The notes under the pieces: model-generated | What the model saw: the letters and a program-made list of their open reading frames with translations, nothing else | What the model was told of the DNA's origin: nothing | Database searches by the model: none | Made by a program: the position numbers and the translations under genes | DNA from: Eledone cirrhosa | Lineage: Eukaryota | Direction of reading: 5' to 3' | DNA: 64,000 nucleotides | NCBI GenBank assembly: GCA_964016885.1 | Contig: OZ024742.1 | Span: forward strand, 133,238,001-133,302,000 | In this document: positions 39,137 to 52,889 of the stretch, piece by piece | How the letters are laid out: each line of letters opens with the position of its first letter | How positions within the stretch are numbered: position 1 is the first letter of the stretch

Positions 39137-41404
39137 TTAATGGGAGTATTCCCAGTTCTGTGAGCGGAGGAGTGGTGACGCTGATAAGGAAAGACGAGAA
39201 CAAGAGGGATACATGAGACAACTTCAGGCCCATAACTCTGCTCAGCACAGAGTTTAAGATTTTGGCCAAGGTGTTAGCAAAGAGATTGTCGCTTGTCGTC
39301 GAGGATTTGGTTGGGGAGGCGCAAACTTGCGCAATCCCAGCCAGGTCCATACACAACAATCTCCACCTCATGCGATACATCATAGAGAGGGTAGGGTGTA
39401 AACCTGGCTTCGGTGGGGCACTGATCAATTTAGATCAATCGAATGAATTCGATATGGTCGACTATCGGTATCTGGAGTTTGTCCTCAAAGCAGCTGGCTT
39501 CGGCCCTGTCTTTAGAAGCTGGATCGTTGCAATGCACAGCGACACATGCTCGGTGGTCAAGGTTAATGGCCACCTCTCGAACCATTTCGACTCTCCCGAT
39601 CGGTCCGTCAAGGGTGCCCTCTCTCTTCCCTTCTGTACGTATTGACTCTCGAGCCTTTACTGCGGAAGCTGCAGCTGTTGCAGGGCATCCCGCTCGAACC
39701 GGGACGTGGAAAGGCGGTGTTGGCTTATGCGGACGACATCACCGTGATGGTGTCGAACACCTCAGAAATCGAGGTGGTCGGCACCTTATTGAAGGAATAT
39801 GAAAGGTTGACAGGAGCCAAACTTAACCCGGAAAAGTCGGTGGGATTGCAGCTCGGAACCTGGAGAGGCAAGCCCATGCCGCCCAACAGCGTCGTGGGGC
39901 GCTGGACGGACGGGCCGGTAAAGTTCCTCGGGGTTTGGTTCGGACCAGACCTCCAGGTGGAAAATAATTGGGACGAGGTAACGAGCAGAGTAGCCAGTCT
40001 CACCCAAAAATGGGCTGGGAGGAAGCTATCACTGAAAGGTCGCGCGGAGGTGGCGAATGCGTACATCGCGTCCGTCATCTACTACCGCCTGACCGTTGTG
40101 CCTTGCCCCAGTCCGCGCCTCGTCAAGCTGGAACGGCTCCTCTTCAAATTCTTTTGGGGGGACAAGTTCAGTTGGTGAGGCGGTCCATCTGCTGCCAGCA
40201 CCCTCTAGGCGGAGGGCTGGGCATGCCGTGGCTAATGATGCGCAGACATGCGTTGAGGCTGCGACATATCCAGAGATATTCTGCCTCAACGGTGAACAGG
40301 TGTGGTTACCGTTTATCAGACGGGCCTTTCCGCAGCTCATTTCTTTGACTGAGCTACAGTCTTAGGTCAAGAAGAGACCGAGACTGGGTGACTGGCACCT
40401 GGAATGTTGCCAGGCACTCACTGCCCTCTACCAAGCGGGCAATGCGATCAGTGGAACTTCCACTCTCGAGTTCTATAGAGGATTAGTGGTGGGCAAGTGC
40501 GATGACGCACTCGGAGAAGCTTTGGGCCTCGACGAATTCGAACTGACCAGTCTGTACCGGAGGACTTTTGAGCCGGGGACGATGGACAATTTCCAGAAAT
40601 CCCTCGCTCGGCAGTGCTACCGGGGGGCACTGCCGGTTCGGGATAATCTCTACAGGCACGGAAGTGCTGTCAGACGGACCTGCCCAAGATGCGCACAGAA
40701 CGACGAAACCGTTCTGCATGCACTTGTCCAATGGCCGTGCATTACTGACTTGTGGAGTTATGTCGAACAGCTACTGTCGCGTGTGGAACGAATCCGACTA
40801 TCGGCCGAGTCCATAGTGAAGATCGATCCACCGCCTTCCTTAGGTCAGGAAGAGCAGGAAAGTCTTCTCTGTCTGGTGGCAGTTACGAACGAGATTATAT
40901 GGTGGACCAGGTTGAAAGGACTAAAGACAGACACTTTTCTCTTCGGCCAATCCCTCATCAACTTCTTCAAGTTTCGCGTGGAAAGGAAGGTGAGGTTGGA
41001 GATAGAAGTGCTGCCCCCCAGTACATTTGCTAAAAGGTGGGTGAATGTGGCGAGAATCGCTCGTGTGAATGGGCCTACTCTGACCATCCGCCTATAGGCT
41101 AGCTAACTTTAGGAGAGGCGTGCTCTCCCTGGGTGCCCGAGAAGAGCAGGGTGGTTCAGGATTGGTGGGGTACCTGAAGCACCCCAGGGTCGTACACCCC
41201 CTATCGGGGAATTTATTTTGTTATATTTATGTATAGTTAATTTTATATGTTTATATTTTCATTGTTAAATTAGTCTTGCCATTGTGCACTTTTACTCCAC
41301 CTTATTGTAAACCCCCACTGTCCCTGTCTTTGTATTGTCCCCTACATGTCGGCCCTGGTGGCTAATAAATGAAATCATTATTATTATTATTATTGTTGTT
41401 ATTA
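39137..41404 (+). mobile_element. Tx1/L1-clade LINE copy C (diverged subfamily, 5'-truncated within RT, inactivated)
   Basis: NFRPITLL, AYADD, GGLGMP, CPRC..ETVLHALVQ; colinear with copies A/B; different 3' UTR; AATAAA then (TTA)n 41377-41404. Confidence 0.9.
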
Positions 41405-42125
41405 CTCTTTGCGTCTCAGTCATTGATGTTAGTTAACTGGAAAGTTTGTTGAAATGAATATCAAGCCACTACCTGCAGCCTCAGATATTCAGGACGTATC
41501 GGAGGGTTCTTGCTGTTCCCAGTCGAGAGGCCAATTTTCTTTAACCATCCCTGGAAACCTTTTGAGATAGTCCCTATTGCGCCTATGACAATCGGGATCA
41601 CTTTGACTTCATGGAAGTTCCAAATCCTTTTTACCTCCCACTTTAAGTCCTGGTATCGGTTAATTTTCTCCCTCTCCTTCTCTTGCGCTCTCGTGTCGAA
41701 TGGGCAGGCCACATCCACAATCAGGCACGATCTTTTTTCTTTGTCCACAACCACAAGGTCAGGTCTATTGTGTTCCAGTTTCTTGTCCGTCTGTATCCTA
41801 AAATCCCACAGCACCTTCACCTGATCGTTTTCTATCACCGCCTCTGGCTTATGCTCATACCACTTCTCAGAATGTGGTAAATTGTTTACTTTGCATAGAT
41901 ACCAGTGGATCACCCTGCCCATCACATCATGTCTCCAGCCCATATAGTGAGTCTGGGCTAGGTGTTTACAACTCGGATACAATGTGAGCCACAGTCTCCT
42001 CTCTCTCTCTCTCTCTCCACAGATCCTGCACAGTGGGCTACCCTCCTCCTTGTAAATATGGTGTTTGGCTAGCCTTCCCCTTGTAAATATGGTTTTTGGC
42101 TAGCCTCCTCCTTGTAAATATGGTG

Positions 42126-42129
<4 letters not shown>
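41405..42129 (-). mobile_element. Dong/R4-like RLE non-LTR retrotransposon, 3' fragment
   Basis: CRICG..ETVAHIVS.C..LAQ..Y..RHD zinc knuckle, LWDFRIQTD, RPDLVVVD, IVDVACPFD, EKINRYQDL, IPIVIGAIG; (TAA)n on both sides. Confidence 0.9.
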
Positions 42130-42187
<58 letters not shown>

Positions 42188-42948
42188 AATATATGTGTAT
42201 GTGTGTGTGTGTGTTTGTGTGAGTGTGTATACAATAGGCGGTGTATTTAAAAATGATTAGCAGTATTTATTCTGGCTCTTTACGTCCTGTGCCAACTTTA
42301 TATTTCAAAATTCTCCTGTCGGTAAAATAATGTCTGGATTCTTCAATCAGCTGGTCATCATTTTTCATAATTTCCTTTAGACGATTTTGAATATTAACAT
42401 CGGTAATAGATAATCGGAAGGTAAGTATATTGTGATGATTATCCAAATATGCAATTATAGGAATTTAATTTAATTCGGTTGATATCGTTATCCCATTACA
42501 GCATAGTGGGGTCAAAGTAGATCCTGGTTAATGTTATTCAATTTAAATCACCTATGTACCTATATAAAGTTAAGTATATATATTTTAATATACAAATGAA
42601 TGAATAAATAAATGAAGATATACATGTGTATGTTAGTACGGATTATAAAAAAAAATAGGTGATAGATAATTACTTTCATAGAGGAAACGAAGGTATAGTA
42701 AAGGAAAAGAATAAGCAAATACAAAAATAATGCATAAAGGCTTTCGTGTTTAGTTTATTTTATTTTAGAATGGGTATAGCACAATGGTAAAGTCAAAGGC
42801 ATTGGACTGTTTGTGTTGTTATTACTGTTCATTACTGAATAAAATGATTTAGTATATGGAACTGGTAAGATTCTATGTTACGTGTGCAATGACAGTGGTG
42901 GAAGATCAGCAATGAAAAATTGTCACTTAGATTAAACTATTTTTAATT

Positions 42949-43130
42949 TAATTGTTTCTACTTTTGGCACAAGGCTAGCAATTATCACAGTGTATTACTG
43001 GTACTTTATTTTATCGACCCCGTAAGGATGAAAGGAAAATTTAACCTCGATGGGATATGAACTCAGATCATAAAAGGCTGTAACTCTTTGCTACAAAGCG
43101 TGGCGTCCAACACTCTACCGATACTTGCAA
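42949..43130 (-). mobile_element. tRNA-derived SINE
   Basis: Family core and head on -. Confidence 0.85.
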
Positions 43131-43462
43131 TATGTTTGTCTGCAAATCTTAGCAACAATTCGTCCTTCTCTGGTTTTAATATTATTTCATCACTTTCAGA
43201 GATGTACGATTTCAGATATCTTGAAGTCATATTTTTCTCATTTTATAAATTTCGATATATTTCCAATAGATGAATTAGGAAATAATGATATATATGCTTC
43301 TAGCGGAGTATGAGAAAAGAGGAGAAATCTAAACTATATGTTGAAATTCAATCGATGCATCTTTTCATCATCAACTTACCTCAAATCAATACTACTCCAC
43401 AGGTCACTCTAAACGAAAACAGCAATAAGATACCAAAATAGACACGCACAGACACTCACACG

Positions 43463-43512
<50 letters not shown>

Positions 43513-43521
43513 TACATACAT

Positions 43522-43564
<43 letters not shown>

Positions 43565-44039
43565 TGTGCACGTATGTATGTATAAACATATATACATATA
43601 TATATATATATACGTATATGTGTATATGGGAAGGAGGTGATATATAAATCAAAATACACATACTTCAAATAAAAAAAAAATATGAAAAGATTAGAAAAAT
43701 CCTAATAATATTGAGTTACGAAATAAATTTGAAAACTTAGAACATTACTTTGATGTTTAACTGCAACATGATTTCGAAACTAGTATGACTTGAATCTCCA
43801 CATGATCACAAAGATTCTAAACACAATTTTGTCCTGTAGCTATTCAGTCCTAAGCTCCATGCGGTGTTTTCAGTCTTTTCATCATTTCCTTTCCGCTATA
43901 GTCAGAAGCACATTCTGTAAAGCCATCACACTATACGCAGACATATACGTACGTACGCAATCAAAAATACTCGTATAGATGTATGTATAAATCTCTCTCT
44001 CTTTACATACATAACCAGTATATACAATATATATATATT

Positions 44040-44093
<54 letters not shown>

Positions 44094-44273
44094 GTTTGTT
44101 TGTGTGTGTGTGTGTGTGTGTATGTATGCGTTTTTGTGTGTGGCTGTGTGCGTATGCACGTCGATAAGTGTCCGTGTGTGTATGCATGTAAATTGCTGTT
44201 TTGTATGAGCTGCCATTGAGATTTTCTTTCGAAGATGCATAATCTGAAAAGAGGAGTGGGTTACATTTCGAGC

Positions 44274-44343
<70 letters not shown>

Positions 44344-44370
44344 GGATGTGTGTGTGTTGGGTTTGTGTGT

Positions 44371-44840
44371 GTGCATTGGTAAGTGAATGATAATAATATT
44401 ATTAATATTTGGTTTGTTTACAAGTAAACAACCTCAAAAAAACACCACGTGCCAACCCTTTGTCCCGGCGATGGCTGAGAGAAAACAATCGACGATTGAC
44501 AATTGTTAATTGTTTCGGTGTGTCTTACTCCTTGACAAGATTGTTTATTCTCTCGTCTCTGCTATCTCCTGCATAGTTTTCTCAAATGTATACATCGGTT
44601 GATTAGCCTCATGTTCATATCGAGCAGTTCCACCGAATAGCAGAGACAATAGAATACACAATCTTGACAAGGAGCAAGAAACTCCGAAGCTTTTAACAGT
44701 TGACGATTGTTTTCTTTCAGCTATCGCTGGAACAAAGCGATGATGTCAAAAGGACGCTTTATGAGGCTGTTTCCTTGTGAAGAAGCCGAATATAAATGAT
44801 ATTATGATATTAATATATTATTATTCACTCACGAATGCAC
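44371..44840. repeat. old, diverged foldback with ~200 bp arms
   Basis: GTGCATT..GTGAATGATAAT at the left end pairs with ATTATTCAC..AATGCAC at the right end; inner CTCCTTGACAAGATTGT..TCTCTGCTAT pairs with ATAGCAGAGAC..ACAATCTTGACAAGGAG. Confidence 0.7.
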
Positions 44841-45431
44841 TTACGTGTCCACCATGTTAAGAGCGAAAACAAATTTTGTTATATACATTTTCTTTATTAA
44901 ATCGTTGTAAATGAAGGATTTCTGTATTTAGCATGTTTATTATCGTTTACAACATACGGAAATTATGTTATGAGTATCAGTGTTGTCGGATTTGAAATTT
45001 CGAATATTTAATCTACTTTTTTTGTCATTGAAGAAGTTAATATTGTTGTTTCCATAGATAACCCTCAAAAATCAGGTTGTATAATTTTTTAGTAATTCAG
45101 TAGTTATATGTTTTCTATATGAGTTGTTGGCTTTTTAATGTTGGTTTAAAGTATTTCCCTTTCTTTGGTATAAAGTTTGCTTAACTTTCGTAGTTTGTCA
45201 AGAGGAACTTCTTGTCTAGTGTGTGTTATTGTTGTAGGCGAAAATCGTTAAAAGATATGTTTTAATATTTTATTCATTCCTTAGTGGGGTAGATATATTT
45301 TAGTTCTGTTACATGAGGTAGTTTTGTTTATATCAATTGAACATCCTATAAAGCTACAGTACAATATATTTCAAATACAAAAGTACGCCAAGATACAGAG
45401 CTTTGTATCATTATTTATTGCGTTTTTTTAT

Positions 45432-45623
45432 GGCGGTGGGTTGGCAGTATCGGTAGAGGGTCGGGCGCCTTGCTTTACAGCATAATGTTACGCCTCTTTA
45501 TGATCTGAGTTCAAATCCCGCCGAGGTTAGCTTTGCCTTTCATCCTTACGGGGTCGATAATGTAAAGTACCAGTAATGTACTGGGGTAATTGCTGGGCTT
45601 GGGCAAAAGTAGAAACAATTATT
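45432..45623 (+). mobile_element. tRNA-derived SINE (well-preserved copy)
   Basis: GGCGGTGGGTTGGCAGTATCGGTAG head, GAGTTCAAATCCC B box, GCCTTTCATCCTTACGGGGTCGATAA central domain (Meta-SINE-like, from memory). Confidence 0.85.
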
Positions 45624-47517
45624 TATCGCGTTTTACATAACTATTATTATTGAAATTTAGAGAAACGTATAGCGAAAAATCGGTTCCAGAATGTACCTTC
45701 TTTCCAGGTACATGGAAAATATTAGGTCATTTTTTTTTTTTTTACCATCCCTTAATGGTGTGAGCAGCATGGCTACTAGAATACAATGCCAGTAATTTCC
45801 ACACTCAAAATTATTTGCTAGCAACCGATGATATATTGCATAACATCTAATAATCTCACTATACATATTAACCTCCTCCAAACGTATTCTATTTCCATAG
45901 AAGCTGACGAGGTAGGAGTTGAAGTAACGTGATTCACAATGAAGGTATACCATAGACGCAATAATAGTGGCATTGTGGGGGTTATTTTCACTCTATCACT
46001 ATCTTCCGTATGACTCGGAGAGAGCCAATGGGAAGAAGGGTCTACTTTCTTGGTGCGGCACACTGCGATAAAACCAGTCTGTCGCTGATTACGACAAAAT
46101 TCAATGCTGTACATTTCTTAATATAATTTCGAAGTTTTCAGACGTTGTCGTTAGCTAACAGCAGACACACACAGAGTAGAATGATATAGAGTGATATAGA
46201 AGATATTTTCTCCGTATATATTCAGAGTTTTGTCGCTCCGTAAGCTTTCGTCACTTTCTCTGCTGTCGCCCAAATCTGAGGAAATAAGTATAGACAAAAT
46301 GACACCTGGCAGGAGGAATTCTGGGATAAATTCAGATATTCCCACATGACATGTCACTGCAAGACACATGGTGATAACCACATGCCATCTCTCCCTATTT
46401 TCCGATATGACTTTCTCTGTTAATAACCTCCTATACATACACATACGTGTATACTTATATGTATATTCAAACACATAACTGTACACATATCCAAGCATAG
46501 ACACATCTGTATGTATGAATGTATGTATGTATATATCTATATTATGTATGTATGTGTGTATGTAGGCATGTATGCAGGGTGGAAGAAGTCATAAAAGTCA
46601 ACGGCCATCCAAAAGTGTGTAAATATGTATATACACATGTACATATGTATGTATATGTATATTTGTGTATATGCATGGTTGCATGTGTATATGCGCGGCG
46701 ACATAGAAATAGTCGGGCTGGACTCCCGATCGCGCGGTTAAACCACTGGGAGTGAAGGACCCCTAGCATTTGCCACGGCATACTTCTAGGAGAAGGGAAC
46801 TCAGGAAACTGGGATAACTCCGATATAAAAGCTGCGGCTCAGTATTTACCGATAATGTTGATCTTTTCTTCTTTTCGGGTTATAGCTACTGTCGCTCAGA
46901 GAGTGGGATTGGCTCAGTGCACCGTATTTCCTCACTTTAAAAAATATATCCACGAACAAGGAATTGCACGATAGAATTAATTAATAATTATTAATAATGG
47001 CATATCGTGCAATGGCCATACTCTATAACGAGGGGGTAGCCATCATGCATATATGTATATATAACCATATTTTCACTATTTGAAACAAAATAGCGGCGTG
47101 CCCGGGCGTATATTACTATCTGAAGAATTAGTTTATTCATCGTAGAAAGTTCATCTGATTAATGAAATCCACTGCTCAATAACCCGAACTAGAAAAAAAA
47201 GGTTAGAAAGTTATCAAACCATCAACGTCTGCACTAACTACATACCGAAATTTACGATTAGGCAAATAGCGCTGGTATTAAATTTCAAACTAATGTTAGT
47301 CCATAAAGTTATAACAACATAAATATTTAATGGCACCTGCAGAATGTTATTGGTAACGTCATGATTGTATCTATCATCACTGTGCACTCTGCAAACTTAG
47401 CTTTTCAATAAGATAACATGGTTTGTTAGACATACACATAAGAATACACATATACACTCAAAGACACTCTCACGCGCTTACACGCTCCCGTATATGTATA
47501 AATATCTGTGATTTTGT

Positions 47518-47642
<125 letters not shown>

Positions 47643-47709
47643 ATTATATATATAAAGGGTTCGGACATGAAGGTTGAGCTCTTGCTATTTCTACAGCTAG
47701 TTTCAGACC

Positions 47710-47752
<43 letters not shown>

Positions 47753-47807
47753 CATGTGTACGTGTCCATGAATACTTGCATATATATATATATATATATA
47801 TGTACAT

Positions 47808-47904
47808 AGAAGTGGTTACACAACTCTTGTGTAACAACTTCTACCTAACTCGTCCCATGGACTGAGTGCTCTACCTCTACGGATATTACCTTCCAGTGTT
47901 CTAC

Positions 47905-47908
<4 letters not shown>
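47808..47908 (+). repeat. isolated 3' terminus of the 36963-38376 PLE family, with a short 5' foldback, in (TA)n
   Basis: Matches 38294-38376; AGAAGTGGTTACACAA pairs with TTGTGTAACAACTTCT. Confidence 0.8.
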
Positions 47909-47974
<66 letters not shown>

Positions 47975-48832
47975 GTATAATTTGGTCACTGTAACACTGA
48001 ATGATATAAAAGAAAAATAACTTTTACAAACACTTGGTTCTTTATTTTGTATTATTTTATTTGGATATATAAGTAATGGATTTCTTTCTGTGTTATGTGG
48101 GGAAAACAAGAAGGGATGCTCTACAAACTGCAACAAAAAAAGAAAAGAAAAAATATTGAAAACGAACAAGTTTATCAGTGGCCACCCTGTAGATATAATC
48201 AAATATATAGATGGAAAAATTAGCTTTTAAATTATTTCTAATGCCGAAATAGGTTTCAAGAGAATTGAACAATTGAACAAATTAGTTGAATAATGTTAGG
48301 TGAAAATCCATATAATCAAACACTATACATACACGATGATAAAGAGATATTGTTTGTAATTCTTCATCATCGAGGTAGTAAAAACAAAACCCATAACATT
48401 GAAGCTGTGTGTATCCAAAATTCGCAGCCTATTTTAGACAGGGTGGAGAACATTTTACGTATGTCCAGTGGATAGATGACCATGATTGAGTTCCTATGTG
48501 TAATCATTTATACATTTATTTTGTGCCGTGATGAAAATGTTCATACTACTATCGTGTTATTAATAGGCATTTCCCATACAGTAGGAAACATATAAAGAAA
48601 TATATATATATATATATACCAATATGGATCTATGGCAGGTTAATAAATTAACGAGCCAGAACATATATAATCAAGTGGTAGTAGATTGACCTCTCCGCCT
48701 TTGTCTTCTATCTTTTCACACTGCACTGGACAGAATTGCTTCCACATCATTCATTCTCATCTAGGGAACAATTTTGAATAGCGCCAGTTCGTAATTCGAA
48801 CTCGGGAATTTTATATTCTCCGAGTGAAAAGA

Positions 48833-48918
48833 ACCTTCTGACGAGAGTTTTTCTTTTCAATGGAGGCCCGCAAGGACTATCCATTTAAGTTTGAGACTCG
48901 AAACCGTTCGGTAAAGGT
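48833..48918 (+). ncRNA. hammerhead ribozyme motif, copy 1
   Basis: ACCTT-CTGACGA-GAGTT..[AATGGA..TCCATT]..GACTC-GAAA-CCG-TT-CGG-TA-AAGGT. Confidence 0.8.
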
Positions 48919-49318
48919 AACCATAGCAGATACAGTGAATTTTTTAAAATTTATTTTAAAACTTTTTCTCATTTGCTAAACCTTGATTATATATGTTCTG
49001 GCTCGTTAATTTATTAACCTGCCATATAACCACATTGGCATATGGTTGGATAATACATGTATCCCTATATGTATTTTGCGTGTAGGGATATATACTTTAT
49101 TATTATTAATCTCCCTCTGGTCGAGATAACATTTGGTCGTTTTGACTGTTGCTATTTATAGTGGTAGTAGATTGACCACTCCGCCTCTGCCTTCTATATT
49201 TGCACACGGCACTGGACAGAATTGCTTCCACATCATTCATTCTCATCTCGGGAACAATTTTGAATAGCCCCAGTTCGTAATTCGAACTCGGGAATTTTAT
49301 ATTCTCCGAGTGAAAAGA

Positions 49319-49404
49319 ACCTTCTGACGAGAGATTTTCTTTCCAATGGAGGCCCGCAAGGACTATCCATTTATTTTTGAGACTCGAAACCTTTTGGTAA
49401 AGGT
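49319..49404 (+). ncRNA. hammerhead ribozyme motif, copy 2
   Basis: ACCTT-CTGACGA-GAG..CTC-GAAA-CC-TTTT-GG-TA-AAGGT. Confidence 0.75.
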
Positions 49405-49472
49405 AACCATAGCAGGTACAGTGAATTTTTTAAAATTTATTTTAAAACTTTTTCTTATTTGCTAAACCTTGA

Positions 49473-49507
<35 letters not shown>

Positions 49508-51782
49508 ATGTGTGTGTGTGTATGTGTGTGCCTGTGTGTGTGCGCGTGTTGTATAAGGAGAATATTCTCACATCCAACCATACTCACAGATAGAATATAT
49601 GTATGCATGTGTATGCATGTATCTGATATATACGCATCTCTGTGTGCTTGAGTTCTCTGTTTTTTGGACTAGGTTTTTGTCTGTTTACGCCGCTTTAAAT
49701 TGATAATGCGGTTTAGCAATGCCAGCGGTGTCTGTGTTCTGTAAAATATTAAAAGATCTTATCTAGAATGCAATGAAGTAATACAATTAGAAAAAATAAA
49801 TAATTCTCCTAAACATTAAACACTTAGTATCTTCCATTTTCTCTCCATTCATTTTGATTTGGCCTTTTTTCACTTTATTTATATTCTGTCTGTATTTGCT
49901 TTTGTAATTTTCTTTCGCCTTATCGTTCTTTCTATACCATATTTTATAATTTTCACACTGATGATTTTTATTCCCTATGTAAGTTTAATGGCTTTAAGAG
50001 TTGTACTTTACCCTGTATCCACCCGCACTTTGTGTTGCTTCTATTTATCACTCACGATTCTATTTATTGTTTAATGTTATTTTCTGATGAGAATGATAGA
50101 GAACTCTCTATCTGGAATGTTAACAAATTGTATAATATTATAATAGACGTAAAAAAGAAAAAAAAATTCACTAATAATAATTAATAGTCCATATAAATGA
50201 CATTCTATTTGCAAAATGAAAATCTTCTCTGTTTATTCTATTATATTCTCCACCAAAAATGAGATAACTATGATAATTTAACATTGAGTTTAAAATGTTT
50301 TTTTTTCCGGAGCATATGCACGTTTTATTATGTAGTAAACGTGTTTGCGTAAAATATAAATTCTATTGCAGATGATTTAACACGTATCGTATGTGGCGAA
50401 TAAAAGTAAATGAGAATATATTATACTTTTCATTACTTCTATAAAGTTGTACGATTTTGCTATTTCATATATGTTGTAACAGGAAATTAATGTAAATATG
50501 TTTACTTCTTGTCACATATTTTGTCTTTATTATAGTTAAATATGTTGTTCTATATTCTTTAAATATTCCATGGCATTCACGCATAATCTGCAATTATATC
50601 GTAAATATTTCTACATATTTCGTGTATGCATTAGTTGAAGCGACCTCGAGCAGATTTTCATGAGGTTTATATTGGAAAGCCCATACGCCTAATACATTCC
50701 AGAAATATAATCTTAAGCAATCTTAAATTCACAATGTAACGCAACTAAATCATCGTCGATATCCCAGTGTTGATGTTATTTACGTCCTCAATATCATCCT
50801 GCCACACAACTATATAAAATTATATATATGGAAACGCTTGCCTGTGAACTGATCTGATTACATTCAAGACGTATTACCAGTAACAGAATACATTCATGTC
50901 TCGACTGGAGGTCCCTAAGCGAATATAATTAGCGCTCTGCATTCGAATTGCAGGTGGGTATATACAATTAAATAGATCCAGTACATTAACATTTCATAGT
51001 TAATTCGTTCACCACAGGTGGTTTAAAACGCAGGAAAATAGAATTAGTCATTGACAAATAACGTTTTCTTCATGCAATTAGTAATTTCAACAAATATATA
51101 ATAAAATAATTTGTTATTGATATAGTTTTGTTAAAGCGTGTTTTGATGGAGCAAACAAGATATGTTAAACAGTAGCCCTTCAATGATAGCTATATCTCAG
51201 CACTCACGTTATATTTGAGGAAGAACCGTCTGCTATTTTTAGCTCGTTGTATGAAGACATACAATGTCATATCTCTCATTGGGTCCTTTTCTTTGTGTAA
51301 TTGCCTATAGTGTAATAGTTTATCAAAAAAGAAAGAATGTCAACATTAATTTTAAAATTATGTGTAAATGTTTGGCGGGCAAAACAAGGTGTCAACGAGG
51401 ACAGTTGGTATGCATGGGAATATATGTGATAATAAAAGTAGTATGTATAGACAATCTTTTCTGTCTTATGGCGTTTAACATTCTAATATAATACGTAATA
51501 CGCATAGACTCATTCATATATACACATATATGCGCACACAGACACGAACACACAGACATATGTATATGTATTTATATATATATATATATGCATATATATA
51601 TGTATAAATATAAATATATATAAATATTAATATATATATATATATAAATATAAATATAAATATAGATACTTATAAATATAGATAAATATATATATATACA
51701 TAATATATAAAATGTGTGTGTCAGTGTGTGTCTGTGTGTATATGTCTTTGTTGTTGTCTGTATATATATATATATTTATATA

Positions 51783-51877
<95 letters not shown>

Positions 51878-51925
51878 ATTAGTTTTGCGAGGTTTTTTAT
51901 ATGAAATCGTGTGTCGAAACAAATA

Positions 51926-52131
51926 TTGTTATACTTGGGGAGGGTCATATTTGTGTAATATTGCCAGAATTAATAACAGAACACACTCACTGGCAATATT
52001 GAGGACCGAGTAAGTTAGATTACCGATATAAAAGCAACAGAAGCGAGAAGCGAAAACCAACCAAACAGTGAGTGTGTTCTGTTATTAATTCTGGCAATAT
52101 TACACAAATATGACCCTCCCCAAGTATAACA

Positions 52132-52133
<2 letters not shown>
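51926..52133. repeat. foldback PLE-terminus module in (TA)n
   Basis: ~66 bp perfect inverted arms 51926-51992/52066-52133; terminal ATGACCCTCCCAAGTATAACA nearly identical to the terminus of the PLE at 24458-24478. Confidence 0.8.
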
Positions 52134-52175
<42 letters not shown>

Positions 52176-52889
52176 ATGTAGACATATATATGTATATGTA
52201 GATTATATGCATATATATTGTTATATTGTTATATTTATAAATAGCTATTTTACCAAAGTTGCCAATAAAACACAGGTCCTAATCGATGTTTTTCACATCA
52301 GCGTTATTATTAGTTATTAAATAGTTCGTCAAACTCTTTCGTCGCACATTATGTGACTACCCTATTGCTTATTTGGTCTCCTTTGTGCCACCTCTCTTTC
52401 CGACCTTATAATTTCTACTCCTTTGTGAAAATAGATAGAGCATGTGTTCTTATTGGAAAACAATAAAAATATATAAATAAATAGCTTCGAATTTGGGAAT
52501 TTGTGTTTGTCCATATTGTTTTAATGTAATTGGGGTAGTTACCATTCTATTGTAATAACATAACCTATCATCATAATTTTTTAATGAAATTATCTTTGGT
52601 ATTTAGCTAATTGCGGTCTTGTGGTGTATGCGTCTCATTGTCGTCGACAACAATATAAAACTATCAACTAACTGATAACTTTATAAATCTGCAGACGATG
52701 ATTGTTAGAAAGACAGAAGAAAAAACTTCATGAGAGGACGATGGCAACCATATCCTTAATTATTATGATTGAGCGAATAACGTAGATAATGATGATAACA
52801 AGGTAGATACATCCAATAATGAGGAAGCAACGAAATACATTCTGTGTGGTAACGTTATTTTTGCATGTTATACAACAATAATAATATTA

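Larger units (their letters stand above)
48619..49472 (+). mobile_element. non-coding partial tandem element with two hammerheads (PLE pLTR/retrozyme-like)
   Basis: Direct repeats 48674-48986 and 49160-49472 (period 486); inverted repeat 48619-48673/48983-49038; (TA)n flanks. Confidence 0.8.
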
